Shown here piece after piece: positions 44,096 to 52,954 of a DNA stretch of 64,000 bases; position 1 is the first letter of the stretch, and every line of letters begins with the position of its first letter. This stretch comes from Dehalococcoidia bacterium. Its GTDB lineage: Bacteria; Chloroflexota; Dehalococcoidia; UBA6926. Position numbers and translations under genes: made by a program. Under the pieces are notes generated by a model. That model saw only the letters and a list, made by a program, of their open reading frames with translations. It was not told the DNA's origin and made no database searches. Location of the stretch: assembly GCA_965219405.1 (NCBI GenBank), contig OZ244736.1:1769445-1833444 (forward strand), given 5' to 3'.

Positions 44096-44983
44096 CTAGT
44101 CTCTCGGGCGGGAGCGGGGGCCGAAGGGTTCGGGTTGAAATGGGCCGTCGCGGGCTTCAAGGTAGCCGCGCAGGCCACCCTTTTCCTGCGCATCCGTGAA
44201 CGGACGCCTGCCCTCCTCGCTGACGGAGGCGTGGGCGTGCGCCGAGAGTTCGGCATTCAGGTTTAGGGCGTTGTGTAGACCCATCATTTCGAGGCCCATC
44301 GTCGCGACGTACAGGTTGATCTTGACGGTTTCGGGTGAGACGAGGGCGATGCGCTCGACGATCTTGAATGCCTCATCGAGCAGGTCGTCAGCGGGAACGA
44401 TGGTGTTGACGATGCCGATGCGTAGGGCTTCCTCGGCGTCGATGTGGTCGCCTGTCAGCGCGTAGCGGAGGGCGTTCTTGTAGCCGGCGTTGAGCACCCA
44501 GAAGAAGCTGGTGTTGTCCATGTGGCGGACTTCCGGCTGCGCGAAGACGGCGTTATCGGCGGCGAGGGTCATGTGGGCCGCGTTGGCATACCAAGAGCCG
44601 CCGCCCATGCACCAGCCGTTTACCGCCGCGATGACGGGCTTGGTCAGCTCCCACATGTGCAGGAACCGTCGCATGTTGCGCCTGTCAGAGGTGCGCCAGT
44701 GATCGAGGTGCGCGGCGACGCTGGTGTTCTTGGGGAGCGCATACGGCCACTCGAACTCGGCCTCGCCGGAGATGTCATAGCCGGAGGAGAATGCCCTGCC
44801 CGCCCCCGTTAGGACGATGGCACGGACCTCAGGATCGGCCTCGGCCTCATCGAGCGCCTCATGCAGTTCCCGCTCAAGGTCGGGACTGATAGCATTCAGC
44901 CGCTCGGGTCTGTTGAGGGTGATAAGGACACCCTTGCGCTGCTTCTCATACAGGACGTTTTCATAGTTGGCCATAGTTGGCAC
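44096..44983 (-). CDS. enoyl-CoA hydratase/isomerase family protein, paralog 4
   Basis: 295 aa; VNGWCMGGGSWYA. Confidence 0.8.
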   Translation of the reverse strand: MPTMANYENVLYEKQRKGVLITLNRPERLNAISPDLERELHEALDEAEADPEVRAIVLTGAGRAFSSGYDISGEAEFEWPYALPKNTSVAAHLDHWRTSDRRNMRRFLHMWELTKPVIAAVNGWCMGGGSWYANAAHMTLAADNAVFAQPEVRHMDNTSFFWVLNAGYKNALRYALTGDHIDAEEALRIGIVNTIVPADDLLDEAFKIVERIALVSPETVKINLYVATMGLEMMGLHNALNLNAELSAHAHASVSEEGRRPFTDAQEKGGLRGYLEARDGPFQPEPFGPRSRPRD

Positions 44984-45161
44984 CCTCCCCGTTTATCCCC
45001 TGTTTATGCGTGTCCACAAGGTGTGCGACGCACGCGGCGAGAATAGCACCCGCCTGCTTTGAGGGGCAAGGGAGCAGGGAATTCACCCCCACCCCCATGA
45101 TGGGGAGACGCGATTCCGGGGCGCGTAGACTGTCAGTGGGATTCACAGCAAACGGAAGAGG

Positions 45162-46193
45162 TTGTCGATGCAGGTAACCGTGCTAGGTGGATCGGGGTTT
45201 GTGGGGCGGCACCTTGTGGCGACGCTTGCAGCGGCGGGGCATGGGCCAATCCGTGTTCTATCTCGCTCGCCGGAGAGGGTTTTCAGCGATACGCGGCGAT
45301 CCCTAGCGGTCGCTTTTGAGGCAGTGGAGACGTTGGCCGGCATCGACAAGCTGACCCGAGAGGATGTTGTGGCTGCACGCGATCGCGCGGATCGGGGCGA
45401 GGCCTTCCTGCGTGAGTCGGTTGAGGTGATTGAAGGGGACGCCCGCGATTGGGGCGCGGTGCGGGAGGCCGTATCCGAGGTGGATGCCGTCGTTCATGCG
45501 GTCGGGATCATCCGCGAGACAGAGGGACGTTCTTACGGCGATACGAATGTAGGCACGACGCAGTCGCTCATCGACGCTATGAAAGACGTGGGGACGAACC
45601 GGCTGATCTACCTCGGCATTCTCGGAGCGTCCGACGATCCTGAGATGCCGTATGGGAGGTCGCGTTGGCAGGCTGAGGCGGCGGTGACGGAGAGCGGGCT
45701 GGAGTGGACTGTTGTTAAGCCGTCGCTCGTACTTGGTGTTTCAGATGCTGTTTCGCGACGGACGGTCAAGCTGCTGCGGACGGGGCCGGTGGCTCTGCTG
45801 CCGTTCCCGGACGGAGGTCGCACGTTGTTGCAGCCCATGTACGTGAGCGATCTCGCGGCGGTTCTGACACTGTGCGTGACGGAGGCGGAGCGGGCCGGAC
45901 ACACGTATGAGATCGGGGGGCCGGAGCAGATCGCGCTGGTCGACATTGCGCGCGCGTTTGCGGCGGAGATGGGCATCAGGCGCGTCTACAGTCTGCCGAT
46001 GCCGCGATTCGCCATACAGTTCGGGGCGGCGTTGATGGGGCGCGTGTTGAGAGATCCGCCGATCACTGCGGCGGAATTGAGTCAGTTGAGGGTAGACAAC
46101 GTGACGGCGCTCGATTCGGTTGAGCGGGCGTTCGGGTTTGCGCCGCGGCGGTTTGGCGAGTACGTGGGATATGTGAGGGACGTGACGCCTTAA
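45162..46193 (+). CDS. NAD(P)-binding Rossmann-fold protein (atypical SDR / NmrA-like)
   Basis: MQVTVLGGSGFVGRHLV glycine-rich motif at N-terminus; 343 aa. Confidence 0.6.
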   Translation: MSMQVTVLGGSGFVGRHLVATLAAAGHGPIRVLSRSPERVFSDTRRSLAVAFEAVETLAGIDKLTREDVVAARDRADRGEAFLRESVEVIEGDARDWGAVREAVSEVDAVVHAVGIIRETEGRSYGDTNVGTTQSLIDAMKDVGTNRLIYLGILGASDDPEMPYGRSRWQAEAAVTESGLEWTVVKPSLVLGVSDAVSRRTVKLLRTGPVALLPFPDGGRTLLQPMYVSDLAAVLTLCVTEAERAGHTYEIGGPEQIALVDIARAFAAEMGIRRVYSLPMPRFAIQFGAALMGRVLRDPPITAAELSQLRVDNVTALDSVERAFGFAPRRFGEYVGYVRDVTP

Positions 46194-46489
46194 GTATCCC
46201 GGGACTTTGCCAGCTGTGAGATGAACTGCTCAATAGGGAATGCCGGGAGCGAGACGATCTGGATGGTGCCGCGGGCGCCCAGTTCGAGGGAGACGCGGGC
46301 TATGGTCTCATTGTCCGGGGCTTCAACGATGTTGACGAAATCGTAGTTGCCCAGCACAGCGTATTGGGCGGTGACCTTCGCGCCCCACAACTCGATCTCG
46401 CGATTGACTTCCTGGATGCGCTCCGGGCGGTGCTTGACGGTCTTGCGGCCTTCATCCGTCAGCGTGCTGAGCAATACGTATGTCGCCAT
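46190..46489 (-). CDS. GYD-domain protein
   Basis: 99 aa; ...AQYAVLGNYDFVNIVEAPD... matches the GYD family signature. Confidence 0.6.
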   Translation of the reverse strand: MATYVLLSTLTDEGRKTVKHRPERIQEVNREIELWGAKVTAQYAVLGNYDFVNIVEAPDNETIARVSLELGARGTIQIVSLPAFPIEQFISQLAKSRDT

Positions 46490-46575
46490 CTATTCTGCCT
46501 CCCTTGTTGAACGGTTCCGGGTTGTTTTTCCGACATGGTCTCAGGTAAAAATCGTAGGTATGGCGGCGTTCCGTG

Positions 46576-47262
46576 TCAACGGAGAGCCATGGTTTCATCG
46601 AGAAATTGCGCGGTGGCGGCGGCGAGGGCGGGGCGGCTGGTCTGCCATGCACGGTCCGCGCCCTCAAGGGCCATGGCAGTCACATCGTCTCGTCCCATCC
46701 CGTCGACCCAAGTGCCCAATTTCTCCGGGGTTGTGAGTCCATCGTTGCCGCCGATGAGGAACCGGACAGGCACTTTCACGTTTGCCATGTCGCCCTCGGT
46801 TGGGATGCCGATGAGGGGGATGTCTAGGATGGGGGACACGGCGGCGACCGCTCGCACTCCCTCCGGCTGTCGAGCCGCGGCACGTAGGGCGATGCTTGCT
46901 CCATATGAATATCCGACGATGCCGAGTCGCCGGCCATCCACACCGGGCCATTCCCGCAGCATTTCGATTGCCGCGAGCAAGTCAGATACCTGCCCTTCTC
47001 CCAAGGCGTTTTCGCCCTGGGATTCGCCTACACCGCGGTAGTTGAATCGGAACGATACGAAGCCGCGGGGGGTGACCTCCCGGGTCAGCGCTTCGACAAC
47101 AGGGCTGAGCATGGTGCCACCCAAATGCGGCTCAGGGGAACAGAAGACGACACCGGGCCGATCACCGCCACCCTCCGGGATTTCCTCACCGGACGGCTCG
47201 GCGATGATGCCTTCCAAGGTCAGGTCATCGGTGGAGAAGAAATTGAGAACCGTCTGCCTCAC
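46576..47262 (-). CDS. alpha/beta-hydrolase (dienelactone-hydrolase-like)
   Basis: 228 aa; nucleophile elbow GYSYG, Asp and His downstream. Confidence 0.6.
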   Translation of the reverse strand: MRQTVLNFFSTDDLTLEGIIAEPSGEEIPEGGGDRPGVVFCSPEPHLGGTMLSPVVEALTREVTPRGFVSFRFNYRGVGESQGENALGEGQVSDLLAAIEMLREWPGVDGRRLGIVGYSYGASIALRAAARQPEGVRAVAAVSPILDIPLIGIPTEGDMANVKVPVRFLIGGNDGLTTPEKLGTWVDGMGRDDVTAMALEGADRAWQTSRPALAAATAQFLDETMALR

Positions 47263-47271
47263 GCGGACGCC

Positions 47272-48024
47272 TCAGAGACCGTAGGCGAGACGTTCGGCGA
47301 GGCTGGGAGGTAGACCGGCGTCTGTGAAGTGTTTCTGCGCGGATTCCATATCGTATTCGACACGAAACTGCGTGAGCGTTCGAACGTCCGAATCAAGCAT
47401 GACGTAGGCAGCGCGAGGATCTCTGTCACGGGGCTGTCCCACGCTGCCGGGGTTGATGATGAGCCGCACATCATTTGGCAGATGGATCAGGGAGCCGTGG
47501 TTGAGGCGACCGACTGCGTGGACACGCGGCGGGGCGTCAGGCGAGGTTCGGATTTCCTCGAAGATGAGGGGGAGGTGGGAGTGTCCAACAAGCAGGAATG
47601 GCGTCTCCAGCAGATCGAATGACGCGCGCGCCGCTTCCTCATGAATGAGGTATTCCCAGATAGGGTCCCGGAGCGAGCCGTGGGCCATCGTGAAATCTCC
47701 CTGAGATACAACCCTTGGCAGGGCTTCGAGGTAGGCCCGATTCTCCGGCGTAAGTTGTTCGCCGTTCCATTCGCAAGCGATAGCCGCTTCCTGGTTGAAA
47801 ACGCTCAGATCAGTGGCTCCGATTGCTCCAAGGTCATGGTTGCCGGCCACGCTCACGTGATCAAAGCCGCGTAGGGTGTCCAGGCACTCATTGGGATGCG
47901 GGCCGTATCCGACCATATCGCCCAACGACCAGATGTTGTCGACTGGACCGCGCGCGTTCGCATCACGGAGCACCGCATCGAAGGCCACGATATTGGAGTG
48001 TATGTCTGAAACAATGAGTGTTCG
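47272..48024 (-). CDS. metallophosphoesterase (calcineurin-like, YfcE/MJ0936 type)
   Basis: MRTLIVSDIHSN...GDMVGYG...GNHD...GHSH metal-ligand motifs; start chosen at the internal Met. Confidence 0.7.
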   Translation of the reverse strand, partial: RTLIVSDIHSNIVAFDAVLRDANARGPVDNIWSLGDMVGYGPHPNECLDTLRGFDHVSVAGNHDLGAIGATDLSVFNQEAAIACEWNGEQLTPENRAYLEALPRVVSQGDFTMAHGSLRDPIWEYLIHEEAARASFDLLETPFLLVGHSHLPLIFEEIRTSPDAPPRVHAVGRLNHGSLIHLPNDVRLIINPGSVGQPRDRDPRAAYVMLDSDVRTLTQFRVEYDMESAQKHFTDAGLPPSLAERLAYGL

Positions 48025-48055
48025 CATCGCAAGAGAATCTCGTTTATAAGGGAGA

Positions 48056-49498
48056 TTATATTGCGGATTGGGGGACGTATGTGTTGCGGCCGGCAGTGAG
48101 GTCCGCGAGGAAGTTGTCGGCCCAGGCCCTGGCGGTGTTTGACTGGACATCTTCATTCAGGATCATCCACCGACGACGCCGTTCCCGATGCGTCATGGAC
48201 AGTGCGTAGTGCATGGCTTCCGCAGTGCCCTCGAGGTCGTAGGGGTTGACGATCAACGCTTCCTGCATCGTCTCGGCTGCGCCGCAGAAACGGGACAGCA
48301 CCAGAACGCCGGGGTCGGCACCCTGGGCGGCCACGAATTCCTTGGCGATGAGGTTCATGCCGTCCCGGAGGGGGGTCACGAGGCACACGTCCGCCTCACG
48401 GAAGAAGTTGGCCAATTCCTCCTGGCTGTAGGAGCGGTAGAGGTAGTGGATGGGCACCCAGTCCGCCTCTGCGAACCGCCCGTTGATGCGCCCGACAAGC
48501 CCGTCCACGCGCTCCCGTTCCTGAACGTATTCCGGCACGCGGCTGCGGGAGGGCGCGGAAATCTGGATCATCGTGACTTTGCCGCGAACAGCCGGATACC
48601 GATCAAGCATTGCTTCAAAGGCTCTGAGCCGTTGGGGGATTCCCTTGGAGTAATCGAGCCGGTCCACTCCGAGCACGACTTTCTTCCGTTCGGTGGGTCG
48701 GCGCGGCAGGAGTCTCTGCAGGAGGCCTCCGGTCTCAGCTTCACCTGATTCACGCGTCCATCGCTGGAATTGATCAGGGTCGGTTCCGATTGGATAGACA
48801 CCCGCTGAAACGACTTCGGACCGGCCACTGAACACGCCTGTGTCAACGGTTCCTCCGATTTCAACTTGCAAGGTGTCAAGGAAGTTGTGGGCGTAGCGAT
48901 TCGTGTGGAATCCAACGAGGTCATAGCTGACAAACTGTTCAAGGAGCTGCCTTGCCCACGGAAGGATGGCGAAGACTTCCGCGGCGGGAAACGGGGTATG
49001 GAGAAAGAAGCCGATCTTGCCCTGCCAGCCCATCCGGCGCAGCTCTGAACCCAGCGGAATCAGATGGTAGTCCTGCACCCAGACAACATCGCCGCTCCTG
49101 AGGAGAGGGTAGAGGCCTTGCGCGAATCTGCGATTGACGCGTCGATACCCGCGATAGGCGTCATGCCGAAGCTGTATGAAATTGGGGAATGCGTGAAGAA
49201 GCGGCCAGAGAGTGCGATTGGCAAAGACGGAGTAGAAGAGATTGACCTCATCAGCAGTGAGGTTCATCGCACCAACATCGATGCTGCCACTGCGCGCGAC
49301 GGACGGTTCCACTGCAAGGCGGCGCTCTGTCGTGGTGCCGCTCCAGCCGAACCACAGGCCACCATGCTGCTCAAGGGCTGACTGTACGGCCGATACAAGC
49401 CCGCCCACAGGTTGATTCCTCTGGTCTCGTGACACGTCAGGAAGTGTCGACGCCGGTAAGCGGTTGGACACGACGACAAGACGCTGTATTTGCTGCAT
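48056..49498 (-). CDS. otsA: alpha,alpha-trehalose-phosphate synthase (UDP-forming), GT20
   Basis: VVVSNRLP start, WVQDYHL, GFFLHTPFP, C-terminal GT-B domain; start at MQQIQ. Confidence 0.85.
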   Translation of the reverse strand: MQQIQRLVVVSNRLPASTLPDVSRDQRNQPVGGLVSAVQSALEQHGGLWFGWSGTTTERRLAVEPSVARSGSIDVGAMNLTADEVNLFYSVFANRTLWPLLHAFPNFIQLRHDAYRGYRRVNRRFAQGLYPLLRSGDVVWVQDYHLIPLGSELRRMGWQGKIGFFLHTPFPAAEVFAILPWARQLLEQFVSYDLVGFHTNRYAHNFLDTLQVEIGGTVDTGVFSGRSEVVSAGVYPIGTDPDQFQRWTRESGEAETGGLLQRLLPRRPTERKKVVLGVDRLDYSKGIPQRLRAFEAMLDRYPAVRGKVTMIQISAPSRSRVPEYVQERERVDGLVGRINGRFAEADWVPIHYLYRSYSQEELANFFREADVCLVTPLRDGMNLIAKEFVAAQGADPGVLVLSRFCGAAETMQEALIVNPYDLEGTAEAMHYALSMTHRERRRRWMILNEDVQSNTARAWADNFLADLTAGRNTYVPQSAI

Positions 49499-49717
49499 GG
49501 CCCTGCTCCCTAGCCCCACACGGCAAGCCGGCCCAACGCCTGCACGGTACAAGAATGGGTCTCGCGGCGTGCTTTAACCCTAGCCGTCGGCCTGTACGTG
49601 GTCAAACACAGAGGATATAGGAGGGCGATACAGGGTTGGATATAGGGGCGTGCTACACTTTTGCTCTGAGTGGGACGCAGACGTGGCGACGACGCCGCGC
49701 GTGACGGGGGAAACACC

Positions 49718-50518
49718 ATGCCGGAGAGCAAGTTCGTCGATATCCAGGGCCTCAAAATGCATTACCTCGAATGGGGCGATCCCTCGAATCCCGATCTGCT
49801 CCTCGTGCATGGATGGACGGGGCTGGGGTCTTCGTGGGCGTCCGTTGCGGAGGCTTTCCAGGATCGTTATCACGTTATCGCCCCTGATAACCGCGGACAT
49901 GGGCAAACCGACAAGCCCGTGACGGGTTACATGCTTCGTGATTTCGCTACGGACATTGCACAGTTGATTGACGAGCTCGGACTTGAGAAGCCCGCGTACG
50001 TGGGCCATTCATGGGGCGGAAACATCGGCACCATCATGGCGTCCGATTACGCGGACAAGATCTGCTGCGCGTTCCTTGAGGACCCTGTGTACTGGAAGAT
50101 GGTCAACGTCCACGTCACGAGTCTCCCGATGGCGATGGCCCGCCACAACAGGCCTGAAGCGGATATCCGCGCCGAGGCCAAAGAGCAGGGGATGTCCGAG
50201 CAAGAGGCTGATGAGCTGGTCTATCGGCATCATCACTTCTCTCCGCACGCGGTCACGCGGCTGCTGACCGATAACCGTCAGTGGGCGTTCCGGTGCGAGG
50301 ACCACATGCGTCGCATCGCCGTGCCCACGCTGGTGCTTGTAGCGGATATAGCCGCCGGCGGCTATATGCTCCCCGAAGAGCTTGAGTACTATCGGACGAT
50401 CGCGACACCCGACCTGGATTTTCGACTGTGGCCGGACGTTGGACACGGGATGCACGCCGCGCGCCCGGAGCAGTTCAACCAGGAGCTTGATGAGTTCCTG
50501 AAGAGCTGTAGCGCTTGA
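49718..50518 (+). CDS. alpha/beta-hydrolase
   Basis: LLLVHGW...(HG motif), nucleophile elbow VGHSWGG; start at MPESKF. Confidence 0.7.
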   Translation: MPESKFVDIQGLKMHYLEWGDPSNPDLLLVHGWTGLGSSWASVAEAFQDRYHVIAPDNRGHGQTDKPVTGYMLRDFATDIAQLIDELGLEKPAYVGHSWGGNIGTIMASDYADKICCAFLEDPVYWKMVNVHVTSLPMAMARHNRPEADIRAEAKEQGMSEQEADELVYRHHHFSPHAVTRLLTDNRQWAFRCEDHMRRIAVPTLVLVADIAAGGYMLPEELEYYRTIATPDLDFRLWPDVGHGMHAARPEQFNQELDEFLKSCSA

Positions 50519-51777
50519 GCAACCCGTCCCAATTCTCAATAGCCGAGGACGAAACCGAAGTATCTTCGCGTTTCCGCACGTTCCGCTCGCTCCGCAACCC
50601 TGTTTTCCGCCGCCTCTGGATGGCGGGGTGGGTGTGGTATGTGAGCCGCATGATGGAGATGGCGGTTCTGTCATGGCTTGTGCTGGACCTGACAGACTCG
50701 CCGTCACAGGTGGCGCTTGTTGGCGTATTTCGCATGGCCCCGATGTTCCTGCTTGGCTTTGTGGCGGGCAGCGTCTCGGACCGTTTTCCGCGCAAGTACG
50801 TGATGATCTCAACCCAGATTGTCAACGTTGTGGTTGTTGGCGGCATGCTTGCGGTACTTGTTCGTGGGGGCGTCGAGCCGTGGCACGCATATCTTGCTAC
50901 GTTCCTGACAGGCTCGGCGTGGGCGGTGGACTTTTCGGCTCGGCGCGCCTATTTCGCCGAGATCTTTCGCGGGGACGCCCTCACGAATGCCATATCTCTG
51001 GATGTCGTTGCCCTCACCGGGAGCAGCATCATAGGGCCTCTGTTTGCGGGGACGATCATCGAGCTGGTCGATTTCTCGGGCTCGTACGGCCTGATGTTTG
51101 GCCTGTACCTGGCGGCGGGCTGGGTCCTTTTCACCATTCCGAAGACGGAGTCGATGGGCATCGAGAAGACGCCCGTGCTGCGCCATCTGAAGGAATCCGT
51201 TACGGCGCTGGTCACCAACAGGGCTCTTTTGGCCGCCCTGACCATCACGGTCAGCCTCAACTTCTTCGGATTTCCCTTCCTGATTATGGTGCCGGTGATT
51301 GGGCGGGATGTACTGGGGGCAAATGCGTTTCTGTACGGGGTATTGGCGGGCGCGGCGGGAATCGGCTCGCTGGCAGGGGCGATCATCATTGCGTCACGGC
51401 AGATACGCAACCATGGGCAGGTCTATTCGCTGGGTTCGGCGTTCATGTTGGCGATACTGGTGCTTTTCTCGCTCTCCGAGTGGTACGGGGTTTCGCTTGT
51501 TCTCCTGATGGTGGCGGGTATCGGCATGGCCGGCTTTGCGACGATGCAGCCGACGATTGCGCTGCGTGCGGTGGGGCCGGAGATGCGGGGACGGGCGATG
51601 GGCGCGATCGCCCTGGGGATCGGCGCGAGTCCGCTGGGGATGCTAACGGTGGGGTGGATGGCGGAGCCGGAGAACCTGGGGCCTCAGATGGCGTTGGCGG
51701 TGCTGACGGGCACAGGATTCGTCGTGATTATGTTGTTGCGGTTGGCGCTGCCTGAGTTGCGGGGGCGGCGGGGTTAG
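50515..51777 (+). CDS. MFS transporter
   Basis: 420 aa, 12 TM; GxxxDRxGRK-like motif SVSDRFPRKYV between TM2 and TM3. Confidence 0.8.
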   Translation: MSNPSQFSIAEDETEVSSRFRTFRSLRNPVFRRLWMAGWVWYVSRMMEMAVLSWLVLDLTDSPSQVALVGVFRMAPMFLLGFVAGSVSDRFPRKYVMISTQIVNVVVVGGMLAVLVRGGVEPWHAYLATFLTGSAWAVDFSARRAYFAEIFRGDALTNAISLDVVALTGSSIIGPLFAGTIIELVDFSGSYGLMFGLYLAAGWVLFTIPKTESMGIEKTPVLRHLKESVTALVTNRALLAALTITVSLNFFGFPFLIMVPVIGRDVLGANAFLYGVLAGAAGIGSLAGAIIIASRQIRNHGQVYSLGSAFMLAILVLFSLSEWYGVSLVLLMVAGIGMAGFATMQPTIALRAVGPEMRGRAMGAIALGIGASPLGMLTVGWMAEPENLGPQMALAVLTGTGFVVIMLLRLALPELRGRRG

Positions 51778-52862
51778 CTCCTTGCGCCTTCTCCCCTGAG
51801 CAGCGTCTCTTTTCGTTCAACTCCCAGCGCGTAGCCGCCGAGTGTGCCGTCTGAGCGGACGACGCGGTGGCAGGGGACGACGATGGGGGTTGGGTTTTTG
51901 CCGCAGGCGTTGGCAACGGCGCGGGTTGCGGTCGGCTGGCCGATGTCCTCTGCGATCTGCGAGTAGGTTCGAGTCTCGCCGCGCGGAATGCGGCGAAGGG
52001 CCTCCCACACACGGCGCTGGAATGCGGTGCCTTGAACGTCCAACGGAAGGTCAGTTCCTGCGTCAGGCGTCTCGCCACAGACTATCCCAGCGACGACGGC
52101 AACCCATGAAGAGAGACGGTCGTCGTCGCGATTGAGGGAGGCCTTTGGGAACTCCGCGGCGAGCATGGATTCGAGTGCAGCATCGTCATCGGCGAGTGAG
52201 ATACGGCAGACGCCGTTGTGCGTGGCGCCGACGAGCAGGTGGCCGAGGGGGGTGTCGACAATTGCGTATGAGATGACGGCCCCTGCCCCTCCACGCCGGT
52301 ATTGTCCCGGTGTCATGCCAAGGTGGGCGTCGGATGATTCGTAGAGCCTGCTGGGAGAGCCGAACCCGCTTTCGTAGAGCGCGGACGTGACGTCATGGCC
52401 GTTGCGCACGTCGTCTTTGAATCGCTCAAGCCTGCGCTGTTCCGCGTACTGGCGTGGGGTGATGCCAAGCACCATTTCAAAGGAGCGTCGGAGGGTGTGG
52501 TCGGTGACGCCGACGGCACGCGCGATGGCGGCGAGGGGCAGGTGTTCGTTAGGGTGGGCGTCGATGAATGAGCAGGCGCTGTTGACTGTATCGACTGCGC
52601 GGGAGTGCGGGCCGCCCTCGTCCGGTCGGCAACGTTTGCAGGCGCGGTAGCCAGCGGCGCGGGCTTCAGCTATCTGGTCAAAGAACTCGATGTTCTTGCG
52701 GAGGACGGACGCGCCGCGGCAGGTGGAGCGGCAATAGACGCCGGTGGTTTTGACGCCGAAGACAAAGTTGGTTTCGTAGGCGGGGTCGTTGTTCCGGATA
52801 GCCTGCCAGCGTTGATTGGCGAGCGCGTCTGAGTCTGTACTGCGTTCGATTGTTGCCGTCAT
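51774..52862 (-). CDS. ada: bifunctional Ada: methylphosphotriester-DNA methyltransferase/AraC-type activator + O6-methylguanine-DNA methyltransferase
   Basis: N-terminal Zn(Cys)4 Ada domain (FGVKTTGVYCRSTCRG...CKRCRP; compare E. coli FAVRTTGIFCRPSCRA...CKRCQP), AraC HTH, C-terminal MGMT with PCHRV active site. Confidence 0.85.
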   Translation of the reverse strand: MTATIERSTDSDALANQRWQAIRNNDPAYETNFVFGVKTTGVYCRSTCRGASVLRKNIEFFDQIAEARAAGYRACKRCRPDEGGPHSRAVDTVNSACSFIDAHPNEHLPLAAIARAVGVTDHTLRRSFEMVLGITPRQYAEQRRLERFKDDVRNGHDVTSALYESGFGSPSRLYESSDAHLGMTPGQYRRGGAGAVISYAIVDTPLGHLLVGATHNGVCRISLADDDAALESMLAAEFPKASLNRDDDRLSSWVAVVAGIVCGETPDAGTDLPLDVQGTAFQRRVWEALRRIPRGETRTYSQIAEDIGQPTATRAVANACGKNPTPIVVPCHRVVRSDGTLGGYALGVERKETLLRGEGARS

Positions 52863-52954
52863 GTCCCTACCCCGCTGTTGTCTACGTTGGGTTCAGGGAC
52901 ATGGTTGCAGTTGGCGTGGTTGGGTGTCTATCCGATTTGCTTGTGGAGATCGGC

